Below are positions 12,901-26,907 of a DNA stretch of 64,000 bases, piece after piece. How positions within the stretch are numbered: the stretch's first letter is position 1; each line of letters opens with the position of its first letter. Below the pieces are notes generated by a model that worked only from the letters and a program-made list of their open reading frames with translations, made no database searches and was not told the DNA's origin. The translations under genes were made by a program, and so were the position numbers. Location of the stretch: assembly GCA_965655095.1 (NCBI GenBank), contig OZ296656.1:71176001-71240000 (forward strand), given 5' to 3'. The DNA comes from Haplodiscus bocki. Its lineage: Eukaryota.

Positions 12901-15374
12901 ACATTTCAATTAGATCCGAAAATGAAAACAAGATAGATTTTTCCAAAATGACTTGTGAATGTAGGATTAGAAGATGTAGGGTCTTCTAGGATGTAGGATT
13001 AGAAATTGACGAAATGTCTTCAAATAGCTCAATTTCCGAGTATTTTTTAGAAAAAAACCAATTTGACCTCAACCAAAAAGTAGTATCTAGTACATGGGAG
13101 TCTCTTGGCTATTCCTCTGCAAAATGTTGGTCATTGGCTTATCTTCTAAAGTGGCTTTCCCACAAAGCTTTTCCTCGCTGAACTTAGGTGAAGACAATAC
13201 CAAAACATCTCAGTTTTGCATCCAAAGGAAAGACAGACTGATCAACATCGAAAAAAAACAATGATCCACGATACCCATTATGGCACTCTCGATTCTGACC
13301 CACAATTTCCTTGCTTAGAAAAATGTTGATTTTTCCGAGAAGGGAGAAAGCATATCGTTGCATTGGCTTAGTTTGGTTTAGTAGCTAGAAGTCTGCTTTG
13401 GTGGGCAAGGCAGCAAAAATCCCGGACCCATGTAAGCTAATTTTACTGCTTTAAAGCCTGAAGCTTTGCAACAGATTTAATAATTACGCAAAATCAAACA
13501 GAAATTATCATTTCATGTCGATACATGCACGAATAGTTCATAGAAAGATGATTTGAAGGGCGGGAGGACAAAAATCTTCCGAAAAAAGTTTGAGTTAGAT
13601 AATTCTGCCCAGTTTAAAACATGGACAAGATTTTTGCGAAATTTCCATTTTTTAAATTTCTATATTTCCGCATAATTTACCAGAAATTGAAATTAGACAC
13701 GGGTACATGAAGGAATAGTTGGGATGAAGCTAGCTTGACGTTCAAAAAAATAGAAAATTCCCGAAAATTGCTAATTTGGCTAATTGTGACTGCTTTGCTT
13801 TATAAGATGAAGATTTGTAGAAAGTTTTTATTTTTTTTCGAAAGTCAATAGATAAGGTAATTCTATAACAATACAGCATAGACTGTTGCAAAGAAGCTGA
13901 TTGGAAGGGTAACAAGGGCGAATTTCCCCCAAAAAATTGCAAAGATAGTTTATGTTGCCTGTTTTTAAGCACAAACATCCTGGTTTTGTGGCACTTTGCA
14001 CTTTTTTTATAGAAACAGAAAATTTTTAAAAATTTGGATTTTTGTGACGGTTCAGTATGGATTATTAGCTAGAAAATTGATTTCCAGGGCACAAGAAAAT
14101 GTTAAAGCGCAAAATAACATATCTCGTTCAATAAATGAAATTGTGCTGAAGCGAGGTTTGAATGCAATTAAGTAAAGACGAAACACGCTGATTATAAATA
14201 CTATTATATACGATGATAAATGCAGTCGGTTGAAGAAATTGCAGTTGGTTGAACTACTGTGCTTTTTCACCATATTGCTATAATTTATACGCTACAAATG
14301 TCTGAGAAAAAAGGTGAATAGATGTACCCATAATATCGAACACCATCGGCTTCGATATTAAAAATATTTAAGGCTCAAATTTGTAAGAAGACAAACCAGC
14401 AAACCCGAAATTTCGTTGCAATGCATTCTAAATTGTCATTAACTACTAATTAATTTGCTTAACCAGGTTGCATATAACGTTCCGGAGCTAAAACTTTCTC
14501 ACTTTTGTTGCTTTATCATCTTGTTCATTGCTTCGCTGTAGGAAATTGAAAGCTGTTTAGGAAAAGTTGCTTTTGATGTACTTAAATTACAAAAAACTAA
14601 GCCCAGGGATATATACCTGAGGTGTTGGTTAACGAAGTCGCTGTCTTCGGGCAGTTCTACAGCGTGTGGCACCAGTTGGAGCCTCGTAGATTCATGAAAA
14701 GCAACTTCTGTGTCTAAAAATACCATGAAAGATTTCGGCGCTACAGACAACTACCCTTTTGCGTGCTTCCGAGAAACATCTATTTTACTTTGGGAAAGAA
14801 AGTGCGAGGAATTTTCAGTATTTCAGAAACTGGAAGTTGTTCAAGCTGCTTGTCAATTTTGGATGTTAATTGCTCGCTTAAATGAAACGGAACACTTTCC
14901 ACTCAATTCAAGTGCTATGAAGCAAGCTTTCGAATTATTTAAAGGCTCATTCCTCGTCCACATCAGACAACTTGTTATGATGTGATAATAATGAGGAGGT
15001 CTCTTTATCAATTATGTGTATATCCAATGAAATTAACTTTCCTTACTGATATCCAGATGGAGCAAAAGTATAGCTATTGAAAACATGATTTTTGAATTCA
15101 GGTATGAAATATTGAATATGAAAATTAAACGCCAAAATAGGTTTACTCAATCCATATACTTCACTTTCCAAAATGCATTTCAGTGAAAGTACTTTTATAA
15201 GTTACGTATAGAACAAAAACTTTATACCAAGATAAATGGAGGGCCAATGTTTAGCGCCTTACCATTGAAGTAAACTGTTTCTTTGGTTCTTCGCAGCGAC
15301 GCCACACTGGGCTTCCACGACGACTTTGGAATGCCCAAAAACTTCCAGGGCAGTCTCCTTGCGTGAATGATCAT
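3787..15374 (-). CDS. VWA8: VWA8 (von Willebrand factor A domain-containing protein 8, mitochondrial AAA+ ATPase), 3'-partial; join of exons 15263-15374, 14617-14713, 12393-12774, 10387-10960, 8726-9433, 4875-7245, 4352-4599, 3787-3947
   Basis: Translated exons give VWA8 hallmark motifs: QHLRWIAQKDLLQQDIFLIGPPGPLRRR, KAERNILPVLNNLLENREMQLDDGRFL, ENFRVIALGLPVP..GNPLDPPVRSRFQAR, Walker A GNRGTGKS and GNQGVGKN, YPYSTRELV, PKHGK and PHVGGNTWAGGSGG.DTAGLGG.GGPYRLD. All introns are GT-AG and the phases (1,2,0,1,1,2,1,0) chain correctly. The vWA domain exons were not found in the window. Confidence 0.93.
4352..4599 (-). CDS. VWA8: VWA8 exon 7
   Basis: ttacag|G CAC...ACA G|gtaaac; GTIRQWE...PKHGKFDP. 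Confidence 0.88.
4875..7245 (-). CDS. VWA8: VWA8 exon 6 (third AAA module and beta-rich region; 2371-nt exon)
   Basis: ttccag|TT GTG...TAC AG|gtgagt; GEHLLLVGNQGVGKNK, Walker B VLVIDEADK, ANRPGYPFLGNDFF. Confidence 0.93.
8726..9433 (-). CDS. VWA8: VWA8 exon 5 (second AAA module)
   Basis: ttttag|AC ATG...AAA G|gtatat; Walker A GNRGTGKS and ARDLLQQR. Confidence 0.92.
9858..9940. repeat. Intronic dispersed repeat, copy 1
   Basis: CACAGAGGCGAAGC..CGCAACACTTGCGCCAAC.GAATACTAGTGAACAAATCGA recurs at about 11350. Confidence 0.7.
10387..10960 (-). CDS. VWA8: VWA8 exon 4
   Basis: ttccag|AAA GAA...CAT G|gtaagt; contains RVSENFRVIALGLPVP. Confidence 0.92.
11350..11432. repeat. Intronic dispersed repeat, copy 2
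   Basis: Near-identical to 9858-9940. Confidence 0.7.
11574..11628 (+). repeat. Possible tRNA-derived (SINE-head-like) remnant
   Basis: A-box-like CAGTCAGTAGAGC followed by B-box GGTTCGAGCC (11615-11624); no complete cloverleaf seen. Confidence 0.3.
12393..12774 (-). CDS. VWA8: VWA8 exon 3 (first AAA module)
   Basis: tcttag|A TGG ATT GCG CAG...TCA CTT|gtgagt; WIAQKDLL...GPPGP...NLLENREMQL. Confidence 0.92.
14617..14713 (-). CDS. VWA8: VWA8 exon 2
   Basis: tttttag|AC ACA GAA...CAC CTC AG|gtatat; encodes ...LVPHAVELPEDSDFVNQHLR. Confidence 0.85.
15263..15374 (-). CDS. VWA8: VWA8 first coding exon (mitochondrial-presequence-like N-terminus)
   Basis: MIIHARRLPWKFLGIPKSSWKPSVASLRRTKETVYFN is R/K/S-rich and acid-poor. 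It ends G|GTAAGG in phase 1, matching the next exon. Not in the ORF track (too short). Confidence 0.7.
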
Positions 15375-18300
15375 TTTCAATCTTCCGACCAACAGCTAGA
15401 ATTTATTTGCACTCAAACACATGCAGAGTAAAGGAACAATCACAAGCATCATCACGGAGGAATTCCGCATCTGAAAAAAATACACCACATTTTTGCTTTA
15501 TCTTTGAAAGTAGAAAAGCTCTGATTTCATTAATGCTGAGAAAGGTTGCAATACCTCATTCCCCAGGCTGTAGAAATCCAATTCACCGCAAAGTTAATAG
15601 TTGTTACAAGTTTCATTGAAGTTATGGTTTTGGAAATTTCTTATTTCATGTATTTCTCAATTATAGGCCTCGTCATAGTTGCTACATTTCCACATCATGA
15701 AATCACAAATGAAACACCCTCCGCGCAAATTCAAGCGATATTTGTACAACCCTACCTTTTTCTCGCTTTACCGAGTCAACTTCCCGTGTTGAAGTCTCAG
15801 AGCAAATCAGCGCTGAACACTGTAGTTTCAATCACTCTGCGCGTATTTCTTACGCTGCAGAGAACTTTCACAGTTATACATTGGAATTTTCCTATGGCTG
15901 TATTAAAGATTTCTATGTTATATTTATTTACCTATAAGCGGCAATTTGTTTGGCTGAGAAAATAAACTTTCAGCAAAAAAAATTAATCCAGAAAATTTTG
16001 CTCATTTAAATTCTTCTCTCTTTGTGTGGATTTTGTTTTGGCCGACGTTAGAAGTCGAGGGCAGCTATTAAGACTTTCAGTTTTAGTCGTCTCTAGATAA
16101 GAAATGGCGTAATTATCACAGCTCTTTATTTTTAAGTCGACACTCTTACAAACAGGTTTTTTTCATTACAATAGTTTTTCATCTGGTGAAAGTACGAAAT
16201 GCTCAAACTGTTCAGACCACTAATCATCACAAGTAACTCAGGATCTGGTTTTAACATATGATTCCGACCCTCTCTGCTCTCTCCACAGTAAGAAGATTAT
16301 AGAAAAAACGCCCTGATTTCATTTTCCAGAGCGAGCCAATCAGCAAGAAGCTCAGGATGTTGAAGCTTCGAGATGAGACAGGTTAACAACATCAACCTAT
16401 AATGCTCAGTTTGGAACCAGTTCTGAAATTAGACACCTTTCGGAACAACTTTAGAAAAGCCCACTTCGATCACCAGGGATGGATTATCATCTTATGTTTT
16501 CAAAATGATATAATCAAACAAAAAGGAAATATTTAAATTCGAGCCCGATAATTTTGATAAAACTGAGATTTTTACCAACAAAAACGACGGTTTGTTTTGA
16601 AAATGAATTAGATCCATATCGAGCATTTGTTTCAATCAACAATTTTAATTAAAATCTCGAAACAAAACAACAGTTTCGCAACTTAGTTGTTGCCCAGACG
16701 GTTCCGTTGTTCATCATAAACCCATCCGTAAGTTGAGAAGAGTTTTTCCAGAGAAGCAACACTTCGTGTGTAAGACAGCCCACTTTAGATCTTCCGTTTC
16801 AGTTCACTGTCGATATCAAAATATTGCCTCCAATTTTCACAGCTTCATACAGTGGCGTCAAGAAACGCCCCAATTGAGCAATGAATTGGGATTGAACAGC
16901 AATAATAAGCAATCGAGAATCTTCTGTTATGAGATCAAGAACCTGTTGTTTTTAGAAAAATCTAAGATCCAAATGAAAACTCAAGTAATGTGAAGAAGCA
17001 ATATTCATTCTAGATTACAACAGCGTCTAGAAGATTGGTTCTACTCGCTTGTATCTTATTCGATGCCTTTGTTCAATAATGTTTCAGCAACAACCTTCAA
17101 ACTTTCAGTAGTACGAGACTCACTTCCAGTGGAAACAATCTGTAACAGGTTGTAGCTGCAGCACATACCATGGGTTCTTTATAAACTCATTGTCACTTGC
17201 TGATTTTTAAGTAAAATTTCGGCTATGTTTTGAATTTTTTTGTGCAATCCATTCAACAGCTTCGCGCCTATTCTTTTTCTGTCAGGCAGAGGTTGTGTTC
17301 TGTTGGTCGAAGCATATTAACGAGTTTTCAACCCTGTTTCAATCATCTGTCCTTCCACCGAGCCACACGCTGCCCTTTTTGCCGTCAACCCGTTGATCTT
17401 GTCCGTATCTCCTATGCTCCCCTGTGTTCAATTTGCTATCTTGCCCCAGCCGCTTTTCATTGCTTTGATCCCCAATGAATAACTGGCCCAATTTCTATAC
17501 CTAATTGTCCCCTGCTCCCGAACACCATATCACCTCACACATCCCATTTGCCCCTCATGTGCTTCACAGCGACCAATCCCCTTTCAGGAATGGCTCGGAT
17601 GTAAAACACTTTTTGTTACGACCCCCGCAATCATCAAGTCGCAAACTCACCATACGTAAACTTTATTTGTAAAAGAAAATTTGATTTTAGACCCTAGTCT
17701 TAACCAAATTATGAAAAGTTTGACTTTACATTTAAACCCTCTCACACGCCTCGTTTCAGCCCACAACAACGCCTTATCTGTTTCCAAGATAATCCTATGT
17801 TGGTCGTTTTGCACAGCCCAAACGACGTCCCCCAAAAAATTTGCGCTCTCTGTTACGCCCGCCTTTCTCGTTTGAACACCCGACTTTGGCGTTTCTGCCG
17901 TCAGCCGATCCAATTAGCCCCTCCTGGCCCCTATAAAGTCTCCTCTCTTGTTCAGTTCCGCGTCTAACGCCCCCCGGACCGTCTTTCTACTGCTTAATTA
18001 ATTTTGTGCTACTCCTCGCCCCCATTTTTGGTTCATAACTTGCAAAACTGCTGTGTTTTCATTCTTCAGGTATGCCACATTTAAAATTCCTTTTTAGTGC
18101 TTCTTCTCATGCCTGGATTGCATCAGCTAGGGACCTTTTTTGGACTTGCGTTTTGAATGGCCTCACCTATAAGATCACCCATGTTATGATCTTCCTGGAG
18201 GGGGCCCTTCAACTCACCCTCACCGACAATACCGCTGTACACCTCCCTTATTAAAGTAACCAAAGGCGCGAATTTCTTCTCTTTTTATATCACAATGAGT

Positions 18301-21300
18301 TTCTTCCCATAGCAAATCGTTGGGACAAAATCCGCTACCTTTATCTACGCCGCAAACTCCTTCATCTCTATAGAGCTCCATCCAACTTCCGCAAAACTGC
18401 TACAGCCAACGAAGCACGTGTCATACCCGTTCCTGTGCCTCTTGCTGATGGCCGACCAGGCTAGTCTCCTTTTTGTACAAAACACACTCGCCTATTTTCA
18501 ATGTTTATCATATTTTGCCAAAACATTTCGCCCTTTTGTACTCCTTTTAGTAATTCTTGAATTGACCTAGCATACTTTTACTCCTATTGTTTTAGCTCGC
18601 ACCAGTGCCCAAGTATGCCCTCGCGATGTCCAGGCCCTTGTCACCTTTCATACTGTAGCCGATGTCCCTCATAAAGCCTGTTTCCCCTATTACATCTCCC
18701 TCTCAACCTATAAATACTGTTACTCCTGCCCCGCATGTCCCCTGCCTACCCCTCCTCCGCCTCATCCTGCAAATTTTATTACAATTCAGCGCCGCTATCC
18801 CAACCATGACGAAAACAACCGTGACAATGACATTTATTAAACTTTAAATTTCACTAACCGGCTCTTATAGCTCCTCAAATTAAATCAATAACCATTTATA
18901 CACGCTTCCTCACCTAATTGCTTGTATAATTAATTATATTTACTCCAATTTATTTTAATTATTCAGCGAACTCTTTTTACCAGCTTAGCAGCTTCCTTAA
19001 TCAAGAGACCGTTTTGGGTCTCCCTTTGATCATTTCAGCTTACCTTCTCCTTCCATGACCACATGTGATGGCTGGACTCACAACGTCCGTGTGGGTTCTG
19101 TGGTTGGCCTCCTCGATAACCACCCCTATCGTGTCCTCAAAATCACACCACCCTCCGGCCCAGTAGCCTTGAAAAGAACCACCCATTCCACGTATCGAAG
19201 TTTTCTACGGGCCCCGTCCCAACTATCCATTATTGCCCATCGCATGGTCAACCGATCCACTCAAATAGATCCACAACCAACAGACACCGATGACCCCTTA
19301 GCTCGTGATATTCTTCAAGGTTGTAGCCCCGCTGCTGTAGAAGCCTATCATCAAGGCCGCATCTACTGTGTGGGCGATATTCATTGGATCGCACTAGCCA
19401 AGCCCATTCACAGCCATCAACCATAGTTTGTGGGACACAAACTACAAGAAGGAAAGCATTGTGACAATCACAAAAAAGAAATTGACGAATTAATAAACAA
19501 CTTTAAAGTTAAACACGAACTTAAACATGATAACTTGAAAATTTTACGTGCATATCTTAACCGCTTAACCAGGTGCTTATTATACTTGAATAAATGAATT
19601 CTCCTTTGGTGCTTTAAATAAAACATGTGGTCTTTTCGTTATTGATGGCAACATTTCATCACGCCACAACTATGCCAGCCACTCCAGATAATTATCTAAA
19701 AAAATCTCCTTACAAAACAACTTCTATGCTGGAGATGGCCGCCACACTTCAGCAACAAGCCAAAAGAAACCAAAGCAAAATAGACGTGCGTCACCAACGT
19801 AGTTACAAGCTGAAATTAAACTTCAAAATTTACCAACGTCACCAGATTGCATCAGCTAGATCAAATTAGTTATTTTCAAAAAAGTTAATTTCAAAAACGC
19901 TTCAAAAACTAATTACGAAAAATTGCTCGTGCCAACTAGATCAAACTAGTTTTTTTTTCCAGAATTAGTTACTCTTCATAAATAGTTTGAGCATGTCAGT
20001 CTGAGCATGCCGGCCAGAGTACAAAAGCTAAAGTTTCAATACTCTAATTTCAGTGCTCAACTCAATCCTCAACAAACGCGATTCTGACGATTGACGTCTG
20101 GCTGAACTCAGTTCTTCCGCAACCCAATACTGAGGTTCAACGTCTCTTTGCTAAAATATCAAAACTCAGCTTTCAATATTATTTTCACACTCGACGTTCG
20201 ACGTCTATATCTCTTTCTTCCAACCCTTTTGATCAAAAATAAGAGACTAACAGAAGGCAAGGGCCCTCCCTACGAAAAGACAACGCAATATCATCACAAC
20301 TATTCAAATACTATCCAGCTGACAGCTGACCGAATTCACATCTCAACCGTCCAAACACAACCAACCACCATTTGAATCAGCATGTCGTAAGTTATCACCA
20401 AAATTGTAATTGATAAGTGAAACCTGTAAAATTTCATTTGTCTTAATCTGGTAATACAACATTTGCTTTAATAATTGGTTACAGTGAAAGAAAAAGAAAT
20501 TATTCAACAACTTCTCAAATTCGTTTCTTCCACTTTATTACAGCAAGCTGTAAACAAATCCTTCTCAACCAAAAGCAGTTAAAACTACTTTAACAATTCA
20601 ATAGTAGTGGCGAAAATTGAAGCTCGCTACTAACACAACTACACGTGTGACGAGAACCAGAAACGCGCATTCGAAAGAAAACTAGAGAAAGATGAAATTT
20701 GTTCAAAGCTTGCTTAAATTTGAGAAGATAGACAGTCAGAACCACCACCGCCAGTATTTCGTTTGTAAAAGGTTTAATATCATTGAAGTTTACTCTATTC
20801 CGGAGAGATAAAATAAGTAAAAGCCCGCTTAAGTCCTGGTCCGCCAGAGACTGATTGGAAGCCGTGAGCCCAAAGACGGTGAGCTACCAGCGTAGCATCT
20901 CCCTGTCGCGAACCAAGTACAACTTTCAAGGTCTGCAGTTTTGACCAATGCATGGTTGAGAACTGGACGTCTCGTTCTTATTCTAATGGTATAGAGTAAT
21001 TTCTCTGATATAAAAAGAATCAAGAAAGAAAAAAGTTAAGCCACCGCCACTCAATTAAACAAAAACACCTACACATACGTCACACAAAGAACGAAACGTT
21101 TATCGTGATAAGCTGCCATTGCCAGAACTTCACAAAGCCGGAAAGGAGCTACAGTTGAACTTTAATGCCATATGTAGTGTTCAGAAAAACCAATCGACAG
21201 GGTCATTCTGCAAAAAACTCATTTAGGGAATTGACATTGAAATCTTTTCCTGATAACGTACGAAGAGATTGCTGCCTCGCAGTAGAAATCTCGAAACTGC

Positions 21301-24300
21301 TAATAGTGAAAATCGATGCTAGCATTCTGGACAAAAACTTTCGAGAAACCCTTTATTTGGAAAACATTACTGAAAGGCAATCAAAGCTTCGAAACTTCAA
21401 CTAAAACATTTGTTTCAAAAATGAAGTATATCCCTTGCTTCCATCACACCTTCCCAACTGCGACTACTAGGAAAAAAACTTGATAGATTGCTATAAAGAC
21501 AATAGTGTTCCAGAAAAACTCTTTTTTTTTCTTCCATTAAAGTAGCTGAAAACAACTGAATTTTGGAAATTAAATTGAAAAATATCCGCAAAATGCGTGG
21601 AACAGGGCGGACTTGACGAAACTTCCTGAAGTAAATACTATCTATTCCAGAAGACATATGCCAGACAATCAAAGATCTTCGGGTAAATCACATTTGAAAA
21701 CATCATTCTAAAAATAATCTAAATTTCGATGTTTAGATTGAAACACTTGACCAAAACATTAGAGAGTAGTGGCTCTCCACAGACTTTTGTAACTCCAAGT
21801 AGCAAAATGGAAAGTTCAAGATTTCAACCGAAGTAAGTTAATTGAAAAGATTCAGTCTGAAAAAAACTCAGGTAACCTAAAGAATCCTTCCCAGCGTGTT
21901 CAACTTTTATTGCGACTGTTCCTTCTCATTTTGTACATCTACAAGACGGAAAAATGATATTTTCCAGAGACCACTGATTTTCACCACCGCAACAACTCTC
22001 CCTCCTACGCTGTAAAAAAAACAAGCAAATTTTAACTAAATTGAGTTGCTAACGTGCAGACAAAACAGGAACGTCATTCGTACTAAAGTGGCGTTGCCAG
22101 TTTAAACACAGAGGCGAATGGGAGCTTGAAAAAAGTGGCAGCAAGACAAGCTACGATTGAACCTCAATCCACTCAATTATGTTCCGGAAAATCGCCTTCA
22201 AGAACATCAAATTGATAATTATTCAAAATTCGAGGTTTATATAATTTTTCCACATAATAGGCTTTAGGCAGACTTCCCCAATGCAAATAGGATGCCTCAG
22301 CAAAAGAAAGTTGCAATGGAACCAACAGTGTTCACAGAAAGACATTCAAAAAATTAATTCTGCTAAAAGGTAATTTGAGAAAACTTCAAATTGAAACGTT
22401 CGGATGATGTCCGATAATGGACACCGTATTGAAACAAATAGCATTTTGGGGCCTTCCTCAATTCGAAACGCTGCTTCAGTTCCTAGACGGCCAGTAGGGG
22501 TACCTAACTAGTCTGCATCGAGGAAAATATCCGTGGGGTTGAATTGCTCCGCTTTGAAGTCTAGATTAGCCATTTACCCTAAACGCGATTGATGTTTCAA
22601 TTGTTGCATTGTTATGACCAATATTCAATATTGGGGAGCAGAATTCAACTTTTGTCTGAATCCATCTTTTGGATGCGGCTGCTAACCATGGGCGCTTGGC
22701 TTGACTATTTTTCAAAGACATTTGATGCGGCTTCAGTTCGATCGCGGCCATAAATCAATTAAACACGTATCCCATCACTCGTTTCGAACAGACTTTCCAA
22801 ACTGCCAGGACTTGGTTCAAAATTGGTACATTGCAATTAGGCCAATAGTGTTGAAGAAAGTACCTAAGAAATCATTCTACTAAAAATATATATCTAAAAC
22901 ACGACCTTTGAATTGAACTATTTTAAGTTTAATGTATGAAAAAGTAGATCTCTTGCTCTCTGCCGTTATTCCAAAGTGCCCGTAGCTGTATTAAAAATGT
23001 ATGCTTGCAATCTGATCAACAGGTAATGAGAAAAATGCCGTCTGAAAAAAATTTGGTCAAATGAATTACAAGTCATTCGAGCAGTCCCATCTTCAATTTT
23101 GTCTTTTCTCGTCCTATCATCTACTTTCGTGAAAAGGCTTAAAAGACATTTTGTTAGATTTTGAATGCTTTGACCATCGCGGTGATATTCCAACCATCCT
23201 TCTAAGCACTAAGCGGAACAAGCCATCATTAATTAAGGCGAGTTGTTAACGTGCAGATACGAAAATTTCGATCGTAATAAGCTGCCGTTGCATTAACACT
23301 AAGACATTACAGGGCCATTAATTTTGCATATTAATATTTTCGTGACGGTGCTCGTCCAGTGGTTTCAACGGCTGTCACCCACTTGTAGGTCCAAGGCGAC
23401 CAACCCGTTTCTGCACGGAGATCCCAAGGTGCCAGCATTAACGTTGCAAAGCTTGTCATGGTTATGATCCAACTAAGACGGTCTTCGCTGCTCAAACCAT
23501 GGCGTAGTACATACACCTCAAGAGGCCATCTTTATAATTCCAGAAATGAAGCCAGACTAAATGTTAATGAATTCGTGCTTATATATACGATGTTTCTGTT
23601 CTCTGGATTACTGTTTCCAGACTCTTATCAATGGTATATCGAGAGTTGGTTACGGTCTGGCAACTCGCCGATTTTCTTCCCAGCGAAAACTCAAAAAAAC
23701 ATGGTCCATTTTCTATCAAGTTTCCGTATTTTAGTACAGCACACAATGAAGCTGGTTCAATTTTGCGGGCAGGCTGACACGAAATTTATGCAAATGCCAG
23801 CTTTGATTCCAATTTATGACAACAATGAACTTCAAACAAAAATGGAAAGTTGAAATATTTTCATCAGAATTTCATATTTTCATTGAAACGATCAGAGCGT
23901 CATTAAAGAAACTATAGCCGACAACAAGCCGGCAACAGCGCGCAAGGTACAAACCAAAATACTCGAAAGACGAGACGACCCTCTGATGTTCTGTGAATGC
24001 AGGATACCAATGAGGATTATCACATTTTTTCTCGTAAACTTTTACCTCTAATGGTGTTTCTCAGAACATGAGCGTTCAATCGACACCAAAATGGTAAAAA
24101 GAGCCACTTCAAACTTTTATCTAATTTTGTTGAGATTTTTCAGAATTCCCATTGACGATGGGTTTTTATTCGAATTTGTAGACTATAACAAATGGAAACT
24201 TTCTCAAAATTGCATGTTTCAGTCAGTGTGTTGCACCTAATAGCGGAAGAGGCTGGCTAAGCAGAAGCGACGCGAATTCGTTAATGAAGCGTCTCAAAAG

Positions 24301-25547
24301 ACGCCACTGAGCGGGTGCTCGGGTGTTTTTTTCTGCCTTTCTTGAAAACCTAACTTAAAATCTGTCAAGACACCAAATAAACCAATTCGATCTTTTTGTG
24401 TTGCCCAAAGCCGATAGCACTTTCAGGTGATAAAATATACCATTCTGAATATAGCAAACGCGTTTTAAGTCGCATTTTTCTCTGTTTCTGCAATAAAAAA
24501 GTCATGCCCTCGATAGGTCAATGATACCGCAAAAGTTCCAGTCGAGGCGTACCGTTTCGCCCCGACGCAAATAGAATTCACTGAGAAACGAGGTTATATA
24601 AAATTTTTGCTGGAAAACGACAAAGACAAAAGGAGTAGTTTGACGTCTTGGAAAATTTTCACAAGGAAATTCTTCATAAACAACTGCAGGACCTTTCAAA
24701 TGATCAAAAAGCAATTCTGCACGTCTAGGCGAACATTTTGAAGGCTTCCATTTTTTTGGCCAGCACGACAAAATTTTCGGGCAGTGTCGGAAATTTTATT
24801 GTCTCCAGCCAACTTTTTTGGAAACCAAACTAATGCCTAGAAAAAGGCGCCTTGTTGCTTGTAGCCCAGTGTGTGTTGAAACATGCAGTGAGCGTGTAGA
24901 GACGTTGAAGTCTAGAATAAAGAATTGGCCCAATCGCGGAGAAAAATCTACAGGTTTGAAAATTTTGCTTATGCTTCATATGATCCAAAATAATAATCTA
25001 GCAAAAACACAATTTGCTTGCTACCGGAATACTTTTTGCCTGAGTTGTTATTGAAGAGCTTAAGGAAGACGATTGCGATTTCATGTAGCCAAGTAGTTAC
25101 ACGTCTCTCGCTCGGCTGGGGCTCAGTCTCGTGTCACACGTCACCATTTTGTTAGAAATTGTTAATGCATTGAAATGTTCAGAAGTGATCGCCGATTCCA
25201 GGTAGGAAACTCAGTTCTCCAGTAACTTTTGTCCATGAAATGCTTAAAGAAACACATTATTCTCAAAACTAGTACCAAAAATTTGCCATACAACCTATTT
25301 AAAGCGTGAAAGAGTACTTTTCAAGCAAATCAGCGATTATTAGAACAGTAGACTCCGGTCGATTGGAATCCGAATTACTCGGATATCCGTTTAATTCGCA
25401 TTTGATTTTGAGCCCATTGTGAAAGAAATCATGTATTAAGATCTGGTTAATTCGTTTGGCCAGTTATTTGTACAAGGTTATCCAGAGCCAAGCACTACGA
25501 ATTAGCCGGATTCCAATATAGAAAGGGATATCCAATTTAATTTCGTT

Positions 25548-25585
25548 ATCTGACGGTTCAACTTATATAAGTTGAGCCGTCAGAT
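25548..25585. repeat. 38-bp near-perfect palindrome
   Basis: ATCTGACGGTTCAACTTAT|ATAAGTTGAGCCGTCAGAT, one mismatch. Confidence 0.9.
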
Positions 25586-26907
25586 GAAGAAAATAAATTG
25601 AGTCAGGTAGTTCCCATTCTAGTCAGGAAGAAAAGAATGAATAAGAATAATGAATTGAGAGATGAAGAAAAGAAAATTTTTCAATATAATTTGAACGAAT
25701 TCAGTTAGACTATTGTGCACTTTCCCATGCGACAGAAAACATATATTGATAAAACTTTCAAATACATTAAAAGTAAGAATTCATTTGATATAATTGTGAC
25801 AAGACGAAACATCATGAGGAGGGAATGAAACTCTTTGATGTAGATTTTTCGATTTACAAGCAGATACTAGTTTTCTTCTCCTACTCACGTGAGACAGCAC
25901 AACGTACAATAGCAAACTGGTTCCAAATACAATATGACAGCACTTTTGATACCCAAAACAGCTCGAAAATGATTCTATGGAAAAAGTAAATAATACGTCG
26001 CAGATTACATCAGCCGCTAAATATTTCTTTCGAGTTTACTTTTGGTAGCTTTATGCCGAACGATACCTTCAACACCGCCGTTCTGACGCCGATATTTAGC
26101 GAAGTGGTAACACTCGATGTCAATTACTGATTTTTCAGATGGTGAGCCGCAGTTTCGAACACAATGAGCAAATACAAAGATGCCGCATTTTCCAAGATTA
26201 GGCTAGATGAAGTTATGAAACTCGCTAAAACGCGCATTTCCGCGGAAACAATGATTGAAATTCCGATTACATGCACCAAAGTTACGCGCATACACAGAGC
26301 AACTATTAGCAACTATGCATAAAACCCTCCGATAAACTTCATTCAAAAGTTAAATTTTAGGCAAGTATTGCTCGCATTCACATTGAATTTGCAAATATCT
26401 CGGAAAATTAAAAAAAAAAACGTTGCGCGATAGATGGGGGTACATCTATCAAATCGTTATCTAATTACTTGCACAGCTAGCTGATCAAGGATACGTGCCA
26501 GTAGACGGCTACTTTTGACCGTTTCAAAATGATCACTACATCAATTCTCAACCGACGGAATCGCATTTTTCGAAAAATCTGTTCCCAGCGATGCCAACCT
26601 GCAGGCAAAACCTTTTCCATATCAAACTTTTATGATATCATGATATAACTTTTCATTGCAAACAATTTTTCGTAGACATGCTAATCATATCTGAGCCGTC
26701 ACTAATTTATGCATTTCACGGTGTACTACCATTGCATAGTCCAACTTACTATATGCCCTCCAAATCACTTTTTTTTCTGTTAAGAAATGCATAAAAAACA
26801 CTAAATAACAAAATGTGTCTTAACTCAGTCTCCAAGTTGTGCAAGCTGTTATTTGTAGCTTAAGTACTTTTCAAGGAACGCGATCCAAGCAACTATAGTT
26901 CGCTTTT

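Noticed and set aside
19600-26800. Protein-coding genes among the short ORFs
   Set aside because: No recognisable domains, no consistent exon chain, and AT-rich non-coding composition.
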